From Malacoraja senta (lineage: Eukaryota): a stretch of DNA of 64,000 nucleotides. Within the stretch, counting starts at the first letter, position 1. Each line of letters starts with the position of its first letter. The notes beneath the pieces are model-generated. The model did not search any database. It worked only from the letters and a program-made list of their open reading frames with translations, and was not told where the DNA came from. The stretch covers positions 13,456,001 through 13,520,000 of the forward strand of contig CM075991.1 of the NCBI GenBank assembly GCA_038087875.1, written 5' to 3'. This document shows positions 13,691 through 25,595 of this stretch, piece after piece. Position numbers and translations under genes: made by a program.

Positions 13691-14844
13691 AGGATAGAAG
13701 CAGCACAGAACCAGGCCCTTCGGTCCAACTCCAGATGTCAGAGTTTATGGGGAGAAGGCAGGAAAATGGGATTAGGAGAGAGAGATAGATCAGCCATGAT
13801 TGAATGGCAGACTTGATGGGCCGAATGGCCTAATTCTACTATCACTTATGATTTTATGAACTCATCCACACTGACCAAGATGCCCCATGTAAGACAGTCC
13901 TGCAACTATTTGGCCACATCTGGCCCATATACATTTCAAAGAATCTGAACCTAATGTTTGTGATTGCTGAAGAAGTCTGGTCTAATACTTGGAGCAAACA
14001 TGATTAGAAATAACTTTCTCATCTCCTGTCTCTCCCTTTCTTCCCCCAAATTCATGGCTCTTCAACTTCTCTACATTCCCTCTCTCTTCCCTGATCCCCC
14101 CCCCCCTGTAGTTCAACGACACACTTCCAACCAGAAACGTTGTCTGCCCATTCCCTCCACAGATGCTGCCTGACCCGCTGAGTTCCTCCAGCACTTTGTG
14201 TTTTGCTCAAGATTCCAGCATCTGCAATTCCTTGTGTCCCCGTTGCTAATGCTATGTAAGTAGCCAGTAAGTATGACTAATTTAGATGCATTAAAATAAT
14301 TGATGCGCATTGACATTTCCAGCGTTGCATTCCACAATAGGCTGTGGGCCGAGGAACTTTATCGTTCAAGTTCGTGACCCAACTCACGGAACTACCTGAA
14401 TGTTTAATATATTGTGTACAAATATTATATAAATCATACCTGAAACTCGTCGAGACCAAAACCTGCAAATGTTTTAAGAATATGAGAAAAAGCTCCAATT
14501 TTCTGAGTAGTAATTGTCCAATCAATGCATGTTTGACATTGAGGTCGGACGCAAATTGACCAATCCCGTGCTTTGTTTTATGGTCGCTAGGCAGCGAGGG
14601 CCCTGGGGTCATGGCTGCCTCATCATTACATCAAAACAATAACAAGGTTTCCAAGGAATAAAGGTAATGCTAACCTTGCTGATCATTTTGTTTTCCAATT
14701 GATTTATCTTTATGAAGTTATGATGTGAACTGTTAAATAACAAATGTAGAGCTAGGGTTAGGATTACGTTCAGTCGGTCGGGCGGTCAGGCTTGTCGGTC
14801 AGGCTTGTCGGTAGGCCGATAGATGCTGTGGAGGACCCACCGGC

Positions 14845-15215
14845 AGTGGGTGGTGAGAGTGGTCTGTGGGCCGGTGGGTGGTGAGAGTGGTCTGTGGGCT
14901 GGTGGGTGGTGAGAGTGGTCGGTCGGGCCACTGGTGGGTGGTGAGAGTGGTCTGTGGGCCGGTGGGTGGTGAGAGTGGTCTGTGGGCCGGAGGGTGGTGA
15001 GAGTGGTCTGTGGGCCGGTGGGTGGTGAGAGTGGTCTGTGGGCCGGTGGGTGGTGAGAGTGGTCTGTGGGCCGGAGGGTGGTGAGAGTGGTCTGTGGGCC
15101 GGTGGGTGGTGAGAGTGGTCTGTGGGCCGGTGGGTGGTGAGAGTGGTCGGTCGGGCCACTGGTGGGTGGTGAGAGTGGTCTGTGGGCCAGTGGGTGGTGA
15201 GAGTGGTCGGTCGGG
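14845..15215 (+). repeat. G-rich minisatellite, ~28-bp unit GGTGGGTGGTGAGAGTGGTCTGTGGGCC, about 13 copies
   Basis: Direct tandem repetition visible in the sequence. Confidence 0.95.
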
Positions 15216-18200
15216 CTGTCGGTAGGCCGGAGTTGCAGCGAGCGAGCGGGCAGACTGATGGAGCCGGTGCTATGGGGGTGCTGAAGGTGGCGTGCAGGGC
15301 AGCGCTGCTCCCCACCATCATCACGACAATTCAGAAGGGCATGCTGGCCGAGGTGGACGCACTGTGGGGCCACACGTACGGAGCCCGCAGCCGGTCCCAA
15401 AGCGGCTGCAGCTCCAGTCGTGGGCAGCTCTGGAAGGGGGGCGAGTTAGGGTTAGGCATTTTCCTGTCAGTGGAAGATGCCTTAGCCTTCCCCCAGCCTG
15501 GCACTGCCCCAGTCACACTATGGCCATGACCCCCACTCTGCACACTGGCAGTCAGTGGGGTTCAGTAAACAGGGGAACCCACAGGAACTGCCCTCGCCCA
15601 TTAATCAGGCTGGTTCAGGAGCCGGACCTCTGTGACGCTATAATTTCCTTCAGGTGCTCCTGTTTCCTCCTACATTCTATGAAATAGCTCAAGTTTACAT
15701 TTCATTGGTCACTGCCACCACTGTGTAAGTAAATGGTTGAATCTAGGTGAGGTTATGGGAAGATAAGACACCAAAAGCTGAAGTAACTCAGCAGGTCGGG
15801 CAGCATCTCTGGAGAAAAGGGACAGGTGACGTTTCAGGTTGGGACCCTTCTTGAGACGGAGTTTATGAGAATGTGGGCAGAATAAAATGGGATTGATGTT
15901 ACTGGGCGTGATGGAATGGGTTTGTTGGGCTCAAAGACCTGTTTCTCTGATGTATGACTTTGACATGAGAGAAATATTTACAGTAGCAGTTTGTCTGCCA
16001 TATACCACTGTATCCTCGATGTTGCAGCATGGATTCTGAGACAAGATACTGGAACGCAAGATTTGCAAATGATCTAACATTTATTACTTTACTCCTCCAG
16101 TTGTGGACAACGCCTTTTACAGACCGTGAATGTTAAAGTTTTAATGGGCTAGAAGACTTGGTACTTGAAGATGGAAGCATTTTGTGGGAATTGCTCATAG
16201 CCTGCAGATGGAGGAACACTAACCATGTGTTAATCAACATCTCTTCAGAAGGGCAAGTTGATCTGAGCTTTCTGATCAAAGTCTCATAATTTTGTTGAAT
16301 ATCTACAGCCGGAAAACACAATTACATTTTCTGAGCGGATGTGTGGCCTCTAATTAAAGAGGGAGGAATAGGACATTATTTACCTCATTGAAATTCCAAG
16401 CACTTAGACAAGTTCAAATATCAACAAGGACCTGTTGAATAGAGAAAGGTTGATAAAAGTGAAGCTGGTAACAGATGATAATAACAGCCAAGCTGGGAAA
16501 TTCATGTTTCATTTACAAAAGCACTATTCAAACCTCTTGGTAGAGATTTATTTTTACTGCAGCCCCACAGTGTTTTGAATAATATTATAACAACCTGGTG
16601 TTTGGCCTATTTGTGAAATACATTGCTAATTTACAAAAAAAGCATTTCAGAACTCGGCCAGAACTCATTCGATTTTTTAATACAGTTGTTTTCCATTTGC
16701 CAATGTTTAAGTGACGAGAGTATAATATAACCTATAATTTTAATTTGCATAAAACCATCCAACACTATCTCTGTACAAGTGATAACAAGAAAACCAGTGA
16801 ATAGAAATTGTAAATACCTAACTCCAATTATCTCTTTTCAAATATACCTAGTGGTTTCTATGTTAACTCCATGGAGCTGAAATATGGTGCCTCACATTCC
16901 TACCATCAATGCTGCCTGACCTGCTGAGGTCCTCCAGCACATTTGTGTTTTGCCACGATAAATTCAGCAGGCTTTCAGCAGAATTGTCAAATAAATTTGT
17001 GGAAAATATTTCTGTTCCACGGGACGACTTCTATTTAGATAAATGTGACTGCAGACCCATGTTAATGTATATTTAATAATGTAGATTTCTGATTAATGAT
17101 GCTGCCCAGAGTCCCACATTGAGCATTGATGGATGCACGGTTGATGGAGGCACCTGCTCCAGGTATCAATGAAATGGAGTTTGAAATCTCAAAACTAGAA
17201 CACTGCCTTGAGGCAAAGATCCTTTAATCAATTATTTAACCAACCGAGAAGAGTTTCAAAAATATTAATTATGTTCTAACATTCAACCTACATTAATTCC
17301 TCTTTTTTTCATTTCCTTTAGAGATGATTTTGAAATTTATCACGGTGGAAACCAATGATGACTTTAGCATTTACCCTGGAACATAGAGCTGTTTTAACGG
17401 ACCTCTATACAAGGGATATCGGTTACAGCATCCTGTTTCTACCCTCACTAGAACTGTGTGAAGTGCACTCAGTGGACACGGCAATGGGTGGGGGGGGGGG
17501 GGGGGGGGGGGAGCGCAATGGGACTGAAGAGGATGAGCCGTAATTCTCACCAAATCACAGCTTGTTTTGCAAAGAAATGCAGTGAATCAAGAATTTCAAT
17601 CATAAACATTCCTCTACTGCAGTACCACTGTGCCATCACAAGGCATGGTATATTTTGTGCCCTTTACTGTTTATTTATTGTATGTTTATTTGCTGTTTTT
17701 CCAAGAGCACTGTACATATTAAGCCCCTTATTTGGTTGTAGCAGAACATTGGCAATAACAGGCACCACCTCCCTCCTCCCTCTCAACTGCCGCCAACCCT
17801 CCCCCCCCCCCCCCACTGCCCAGTGTGGCTCGCTATAGCAAGGGTTTACTGTAATTCATGCTCCATCTCCCCCCCCTCCCCCTCCCCAAAGAAAACCAAA
17901 TTCTTGTTTCACCTCGGCAGGATTCAGTGCCTGCGCCCCAGTTACACCATAACCAGATTTCTTAGCTTTGGTGAGATGTATTGAGAGTCAAGAATTCCAG
18001 AGACACAAAATAAAAAGAGACCAATATACAAGATCACGGCTCTTTTTTAGTTGCTTTTACAATGACCTTTGAAAGGGTGGGTGGGATTTGAGTCACCTGC
18101 TGCAAAAGAAAGGGACTTCAGAACAACTCCTTGGTTGGACAATACACCCACTGGTCCTCATGACCCCAACATGTTAAGTCTTGCTGTCTACATAGACAAC

Positions 18201-18439
18201 CTTTGGAAGGGTACGTACTGAGTAACATCCTGCACCCTGGAAGAGCAGTGTCCAGAGTGGTTACAGTAGGTTTCTGGTGACATCTGATCTCTCTTTGGAA
18301 CAGGTTGCAGTCTGTAGTGACGAGGCTTCAATGGGCTTCTGCTCGATTTTTCCTTCCGGCACTGTGCAGCAAAATGTTGGAGATAGATCATCAGCCAGGG
18401 CAGGGCAACGCTGAAGATCCCAAAGGCCCATTGTTTCTC

Positions 18440-20040
18440 CAAATACTGAGCGATCCTGCACATACAAATAACAAGGCAAATGCAATGTTAGCATTCATTT
18501 CAAGACAACTGGAATATAAACTCAAAAAGCTGGAGTAACTCTAAAATATATATAAAGAGATGTAATGCTGAGGCTTTGGTAAGGCACTGGTCAGACCACA
18601 TGTGGAATATTATGAACAATTTTGGGACCCATATCTGAAGAGGGATATGCTGGTATTAGAGAGGGTGCAGAGGAGGTTTATGAGAATGATTGGATTAACA
18701 TATGATGAATGTTTAAAGGCTCTGGACCTGTACTCGCTGGAGTTTAGAATGATGAGGGGGGACCTCATTGAATTTGAAAGGGGGGATGTGAGAGGATGTT
18801 TCCACTAGTGGGAGAGAGTCTAGGACAAGAGGGCACAGCTTCAGATTTAAAGGATTTATCTTTAGAAAGGAGACAAGGAGGAATAAAATTAAAGAGAAAG
18901 CATATAACATTGCAAAGGTTAGTGGGGAAGCTGAAGAATTGGGAAGCTTTAAAAAACCCCAACAGAAGGTAACTAAAGGTTGCGAGTGGGCTGAGAAGTG
19001 GCAGTTGGAATACAGCATAGCAAAATGTGGAGTCATGCATTTTGGTGGTAGGAATAAAGGCGTAGACTATTTTCTAAATGGGGAGAGAATTCAGGATTTG
19101 GAGGTGCAATGGGACTCGGGAGTGCTGCTGCAGGATTCCTAAAAAGTTAATTTGCTTGTTGAATCGGTGGTAAGGAAGGCGAATGCAAAGCCGGCAGTTA
19201 TTTTGAGAGGGCCAGAATACAAATGCAGGGATGTAATGCTGAGGAGTTCCTAGGGCACTGGTCAGACCACATTTGGAATATTGTGAGCAGTTTTGGGCAC
19301 CAAATCTCAGGAAGGATGTGTTGGTCCAGAGAACATTTACGAGAATGATCTCAGGAATGATTGGGTTAAGATATGATGGCGTTTGGCGGCACTGGGCCTG
19401 TACTTGCTGGAGTTTAGAAGGATGAGGGGGAAACTCATTGAAACTTACCGAATAGTAACGGTGGATGTGGAGAGGATGTTTCCACCAGTCGGAGAGTTTT
19501 GGACCAGAAGCCATAGCCTCAGAATAAAAGGACGTACCTTCAGAAAGATGAGAAGGAATTTCTTTAGTCAGAGGGTGGTAAAGCTGTGGAATTCATTGCC
19601 ACAGACGAAGATGGAGGCCAAGTCAATGGATATTTTTGAGGCAGAGATTGACAGAATTTTTATTAGTACGGGTTTCGGGTTATGGGGATAAGGCAGGAGA
19701 ATGGGGTTGAGAGGGAAAGATAGATCAGCCCTGATTGAATGGCAGAGTAGACTTGATGGGCTGAATGGCCTTATTCTGCTCCTGTAACTTATGAATTTCT
19801 TTAGGGAGAGGGCGGTGAATCTGTGGAATTATTTGCCACAGATGGCAGCGGAGGCCAAGTCATTGGGAATTTTTAAAGTGGAGATTGACAGGTTCTTGAT
19901 TAGTAAGGTGGTCAAAGTTACGGGGAGAAGGCAGGAGAATGGGGTTGAGAGGGCAAAATAGATCAGCCATGGTTGAATGGTGGAGTAGACACGATGGGCT
20001 GAATGGCCTAATTTTGGTCCTATTACCAATGAACTTATGA
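18440..20040 (+). mobile_element. Cluster of degenerate CR1 3' fragments
   Basis: LVRPHx[17 protein letters not shown] and FFSQRVVKLWNSLPQ; two CR1 3' UTR ends at ~19790 and ~20040. Confidence 0.85.
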
Positions 20041-20414
20041 CAAGTGGCACTGGCAGAGCAGTTTGAAGGCCGACAGCTGTCTACATTGTTGGTAGCACAG
20101 GAACTGCTTCAGACAGTGAGAGATCGGGAGCCATGAATATGCTGCCAGTGAGTGTTCTACTGTTTGTAAGGTCTGTCTCGTGGGGAATTGCAGAGGAAGG
20201 ATACACAAGTAAAGGTCTTACCAGAAGTCCCGAGCAATGTCCCATACCAGGCACGGGAAGGCAGTTCAGCGGAGAAGCAGCTCAGTCTATTCCTAGTAGC
20301 ACCACATCGTCCTCAGGAATACAGAAGAGTCGGGAGTGATGAAGCTTCTACATGTTTCCCTTGGTCCATGGCCATCTCTTCAGATCTTGCCCTTTGGTCA
20401 ATCTCAAGTCAATC

Positions 20415-20626
20415 AGAGGCTGATGATCACCCTGATGAGCCCAGCCTGTGAATGCGGAGCAGAACAACTGGCAGCCAACCATGTCATCTCTGGGTGCCCG
20501 CTCTACCACCCACCAAATGGAGCTCAGGACCTGGCAGACATTGACGCAGACAACAACCTGGCTACTCAACACCCAGCTTGAGATCTAACTATTCCTTTGG
20601 CTAACGTTTCATTCGCAAGAAGAAGA
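20415..20626 (+). mobile_element. 3' end of an Ingi/Vingi-like LINE
   Basis: C-terminal CCHC motif CECGAEQLAANHVISGCPLY followed by an (AAG)n tail cgcaagaagaag. Confidence 0.55.
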
Positions 20627-22609
20627 CCCTGGAAATAGTTCAATCTCTTCCCTTCTTTGTTCTCCTGCGGTCGGGGGCCTCGAGACTTCAGTTGACGGGG
20701 TGATCTTGGCTCCCGTAGCCGGCGGTCGGGCCCTCCTCGTCGGGGTGATCAAGCTCCTGCATCGGGGGGGGGGGGGGGGGGTCTCAGCTACCCCGCGCCA
20801 GGCGATCAGACCACGGGTTGGGGCTGGTCGAACCTCCTGCGACTTTGGACCTTCCCGACATCAGTCTCTCCCCGAGTTTGCGAGCTCCTTGATGTTGAAA
20901 TCCGCAGGCCGCTGTTGGAGTGTCGATCCCAGGCAAGGATCGCAGGCTCCGATGGTAAGTCCAAGACCCTGCGGTGGGGCTCAAAGTCAGTCTTGAGCAA
21001 GGCCTCCAGCTCAGCACAAACTGGCAACACCCCCTCCTCTATAACCAACACAGGACCAGCTCAAGGCTGTGTGCTCAGTCCCCTGCTCTATGACCAGGAC
21101 TGTACAGCCAGACCATTCCAATGCCGTCTTTAAATTTCAACGACGGTACCACCGTTGTTGGACAAATAATGGGTAATGACGAGTCAGAGTACAGGAGAGA
21201 GATTGATAATCTAAGGGAATGCTGCCAATAGGACATTATTATTCCTGTTCTTCCATGTCTGCTTGGATATCCTCCAGAATGTAGTTACTGTATAGGAAGG
21301 TGGTTTACTGTAGGTGAATTTATTTCCTCATCCAGAGAGTGGCTATCAGTCATCATTGATCCTAGGTAGGTGAATTGGATGACAGTTTCCAGCTGACTGG
21401 TGTTTAGGATGTTTTCAGAGGGGAGTGGAGTGTCCTGGTCTATGACAACAGTTGTCTTAATACTGATTGCCAGTCGGTAATCATTGCAAGCAGGAGTCCA
21501 TCAGCCCCTGAAGTCCTTCTTCTGTTGGGGTGAGATGAGTGACCAATATGATCCCGATGGTTCCTCTTCCTTCTTGGCGGCGTGCCATTCCATAAGCAGT
21601 CTGACCTCCGGCACCTACCGAGGGCCCGTACTTGACACTTGTCTCAGCGGTCACTTCGGCTGCCGGGTTCGTCCTTGTTCATGGACACTGCGGGCCGAGT
21701 CCGATCTTGAGTGGCTTCAATTTTCTGTCATTCAAGTCCACGGTGATCATCAATCTTGGCCATTTCCTGTCATCAGAAACCGACCTGGTAAATGGAGACA
21801 AGAATGGAGTCTTGAAGATTTCCGATCCAAACCGTTGTCTGTCCAATCCCTCCGCAGATGAAATGTCCTCTCGGAGTCGTGTCCTCGATCGACCTGTCAT
21901 CCACCTTCAAACAATCTGGAGGAGATCCAGCGCCCTAAGAAATCCCACCGTTGTTCCTCAACAGCTTCTCCAGTGCCAGGTGTGGAAGTTCGCAGAGAAC
22001 GTGGAGCAAGATTGGGTCTTCAGGATCTTCAAGCATCTGACATGCAAGTCCATGATGATCGTCAACCTTGGCCATTTCCTGTCATCAGAAACCGACCTAG
22101 TAAATGGAGACAAGAAGGGTCTCGATCCAAATGTCATCTGTCCATTTCCTCCGCAGATGCTGCCTGACCGCTGTGTTCCTCCGGCAGTTTTCTGCTCCAC
22201 CTTCGCTGACAGCCCAGCTGTAAAAACACATCTCTATCGCGGTCTTCCACTGAGGGCAGTTTACAGAGGAACAGCTCCACATTCCCAGTGACACCATATC
22301 TTCCTCAGCACCACAGCAGGGTCAGGTGTGATGAAGCTTCTGTGTGCCAGCCCTGGTCCATGGCCGTCTCTTCAGATCTTGTCCTCTGGTCAATCACAGG
22401 AAACATGGCAGAGGTCGATGACCTCAGGAGGGGAAAGCCGATGATCTACAAACTTGTCTTCATTCAGGGACAGTGGTGGAGAACGTTATGTTGCAAGTTC
22501 CTAGGTGTCCATGTCTCTGAAGATCTGTCCTGGATGTCCTCACACATCTCCTTAACCATGTCTCTGCTCAATCTTGTACAACTGGATCTTCAATTTCCTC
22601 ATCAGCAGA

Positions 22610-23005
22610 CCACAATCAGCACAAACGGGCAACACCTCGTCCTCTATAACCAACACAGGACCAGCTCAAGACTCTGTGCTCAGTCCCCTGCTCTATGACC
22701 AGGACTGCACACCCAGACCACCCCAATGCCTTCTTTAAATTTCACCAACGATACCACCATTGTTGGACAAATGATGGATAATGATGAGTCAGAGTATAGG
22801 AGAGAGATTGATAATCTGAGGGAATGCTGCCAGTGCAGACGTTTTGTTCTCAATGTCCGCAGGACCACAGAGCTATTTGTTGACCTCAGGAGAAAGCCAC
22901 AGATCCACAAACTTTACTTAATTGATGGGACAGTGGTGGAGAAAGTTGTTCCAAGATCCTGCTTCAAGTTTCTGGGCGTTTATATCTCTGAAGACCTGTC
23001 CTGGT
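22610..23005 (+). mobile_element. Degenerate Rex1-like RT fragment (a similar piece at 21010-21230; duplicate at 26935-27330)
   Basis: FTNDTTIVGQMMDNDESEYRREID...FKFLGVYISEDLSW. Confidence 0.75.
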
Positions 23006-23129
23006 TCCGACGTGTCCCATTTTGTTCTCCACATCACTCCTCGACCGACCTCCGGCACCCACTGCGGGCCCGTCCTAGGCTGCCCACCACCGGGTCCTCT
23101 CTTGGTCCTCTCCCATTCATTTACCGTTC

Positions 23130-23965
23130 TTGATGTAGGTAAGCCGCCCAAGCTTCACTGCTGTACAGTAACGTGTTCAACACTCATGCATTGTAGACAG
23201 TTACCTTGGTCTTCATTGTGAGTTTCCTGTTCTTCCATGTCCACTTGCTTAGTCTCCCGAAGGTGGGTGCTGTAGAGGAAGGTGGTTTACTGTACGTGAA
23301 TTAGTTTCCTCATCCAGAGAGTGGCTGTCAGTCACCGTAGATCCTAGGTTGTTGAATTTAAGACATTTTCCAGCGTAGTGGAGTTTATGGTGATTTCAGA
23401 GGGGAATGGAATGCCCTGACCCATGACAACAGTCATCTTAACGCTGATTGCCGGTCGGTCTTTGGTGCAAGCATGAGACAGTCTGTCCATCAGTCCCTGA
23501 AGTCCTCCTTCTTTTGGGGAGCTGAGTGCTGCATCATCAGCAGGCTGGAGTTCCCTTATAAGCACAGTTCTCATCTTCGTCTTTGCTTTCAACATTGCCA
23601 CATTGAAGAGCATCCCATCACTTCTGGTTTGAAGATACACATCTTCCGTGCCTGTTGGGAAGGCGAAGGGCAGAAGGGCAGATCGGAAGATGCCGAACAC
23701 CATGGGAGTTGGGACACAGCCTTGCTTCACTCCACTTCTCATGGGGAAACTGTCCGATGTAGCTTCATCAAATTCCACTGTAGATGCATGTTCTCATGGA
23801 AGGAGGTTTAGAAGACGTGGTGGACATCTAAACTTCTCCAGTAGCTGATAGAGGCCGTGTCTGCTGACGGAATCAAAAGCTTTTGTAAGATCCACAATGG
23901 AGTTTGCTGCTCTGGACATTTTTCTTGGATTTGACACAGGGAGAAGATCATGTCCATTGTGGATC
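23130..23965 (-). mobile_element. Degenerate RTE-clade RT fragment (also 21240-21540, 36960-37130; duplicate at 27455-28290)
   Basis: SGVKQGCV.TPMVFGIF...TRSDGMLFN.AMLKAKTK..VLIRELQ.ADDAAL. Confidence 0.85.
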
Positions 23966-25395
23966 CAAGTCTTCGGAGGAACTTTCCCTCCGAAGACTTG
24001 CAGGAAAATGTCACTGGGGCAGATGATGAGTCAGAGCCAGACGAGTTTGACAAATTTCTTAAACGCTGTGGATTCTCACGTGCAACAGATCGCTGCCAGT
24101 TCTACTGGGAAATGTTGACAATGAAATCCCAAATGCAGACGAGAGCGCGGGCGGGGAAGAGGTTGTAGCTCTTTCTAGTAGTGGCTCTTAAAAGGGCCTT
24201 TGTTGGACAGAGTGAGAAATTCCGGTGCGGTCCCCACTGATGTGGCTTCATATCCGATGGTTTTATACGAACGGCTCGGGTTCCTGACATCCATTTTCTC
24301 TATTTTTGGGCTTCTGTTGCGTGCTATCCAATCCCTCTTGGAGTTGCATGGGAGAATCCACACCGTTTAAGAAATTTGTCAAACTCGTCCAGCTCTGACT
24401 CATCATCTGCCCCAGTGGCATTTTCTTGTAAGTCTTTGGAGGGAAACTTCCTCGCAAACAGCTGGTGACCACATCAGTCGGCAGATGTTTCATGCCTTCC
24501 GCTTCACACCGTCTGGAGGATATCCGGGGCGACAAGAAGTCCCACCAAGTTGTTCCTCAACAGCTTCTCCAATGTTCGGTGTGGAAGGTCACGTTGAACG
24601 TAGAGCTAGATTGGGCCTTTGGGATCTTCAAGGATCTGTCATTCAAGTCCACGGTGATCATCAAACTTGACCATTTCCTGTCGTCGGAAACCGACCTGGT
24701 AAATGGAGACAAGAATGGAGTCTTGAAGGATCCCGATCCAAATGTCATCTGTCCACTCCCTCCGCAGATGCCGTGTTCTCTCGGCGGCACGTCCTCGACC
24801 GACCTGCAGCACCCACCAAGGGCCCGTCCTCGACCAACCGCCGGCACTCACACATCTGTCATGTTTGTCCCTTCAGACAATCTGGAGGAGATCCAGGGCC
24901 ACAAGAAATCCCACCAAGTTGTTCCAACAGCTTCTCCAGCTCCAGGTGTGGAAGGGCGCAGAGAACTTGGAGCAAAATTGGGTCTTCAGGATCTTTCAAT
25001 CATCTCTCACTCCAGTCCATGGTGATCATCAATCTTTGCCATTTCCTGTCATCATAATCCAACCTGGTAAATGGAGACAAGAATGGTGTATTGAAGGGTC
25101 CCGATCATAACATCGTCTGTCCATTCCCTCCATAGATGCAGCCTGACCCACTGAGTTCCTACAGCAGTTTTCTGCTCCAACTTCGCTGACAGCCGAGCTC
25201 TTGAAATACATCTCCATCATGGTCATCCACTGAGGGCAGTTTACAGAGGATCAGCTCCACATTCCCAGTGACACCAGATCTTCCTCAGCAACACAGCAGG
25301 GTCAGGTGTGATGAAGCTTCTGCGTGCCAGCCCTGGTCCATGGCCATCTCGTCAGATCTTGTCCTCTGGTCAATCACAGGAAACATGGCAGAGGT

Positions 25396-25595
25396 NNNNN
25401 NNNNNNNNNNNNNNNNNNNNNNNNNNNNNNNNNNNNNNNNNNNNNNNNNNNNNNNNNNNNNNNNNNNNNNNNNNNNNNNNNNNNNNNNNNNNNNNNNNNN
25501 NNNNNNNNNNNNNNNNNNNNNNNNNNNNNNNNNNNNNNNNNNNNNNNNNNNNNNNNNNNNNNNNNNNNNNNNNNNNNNNNNNNNNNNNNNNNNNN
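25396..25595. other. Assembly gap, 200 N
   Basis: Run of N. Confidence 1.

Noticed and set aside
14845..15215. CRISPR-like array (here and at 40 kb)
   Set aside because: No unique spacers, no cas genes, eukaryotic DNA
14770..15400. 184/204-aa His/Pro/Thr-rich ORFs
   Set aside because: Products of the 28-bp minisatellite
21632..22291. 219-aa + strand ORF (and 24465-25025)
   Set aside because: Reads like the antisense of the repeated module; the splice signals are on the - strand
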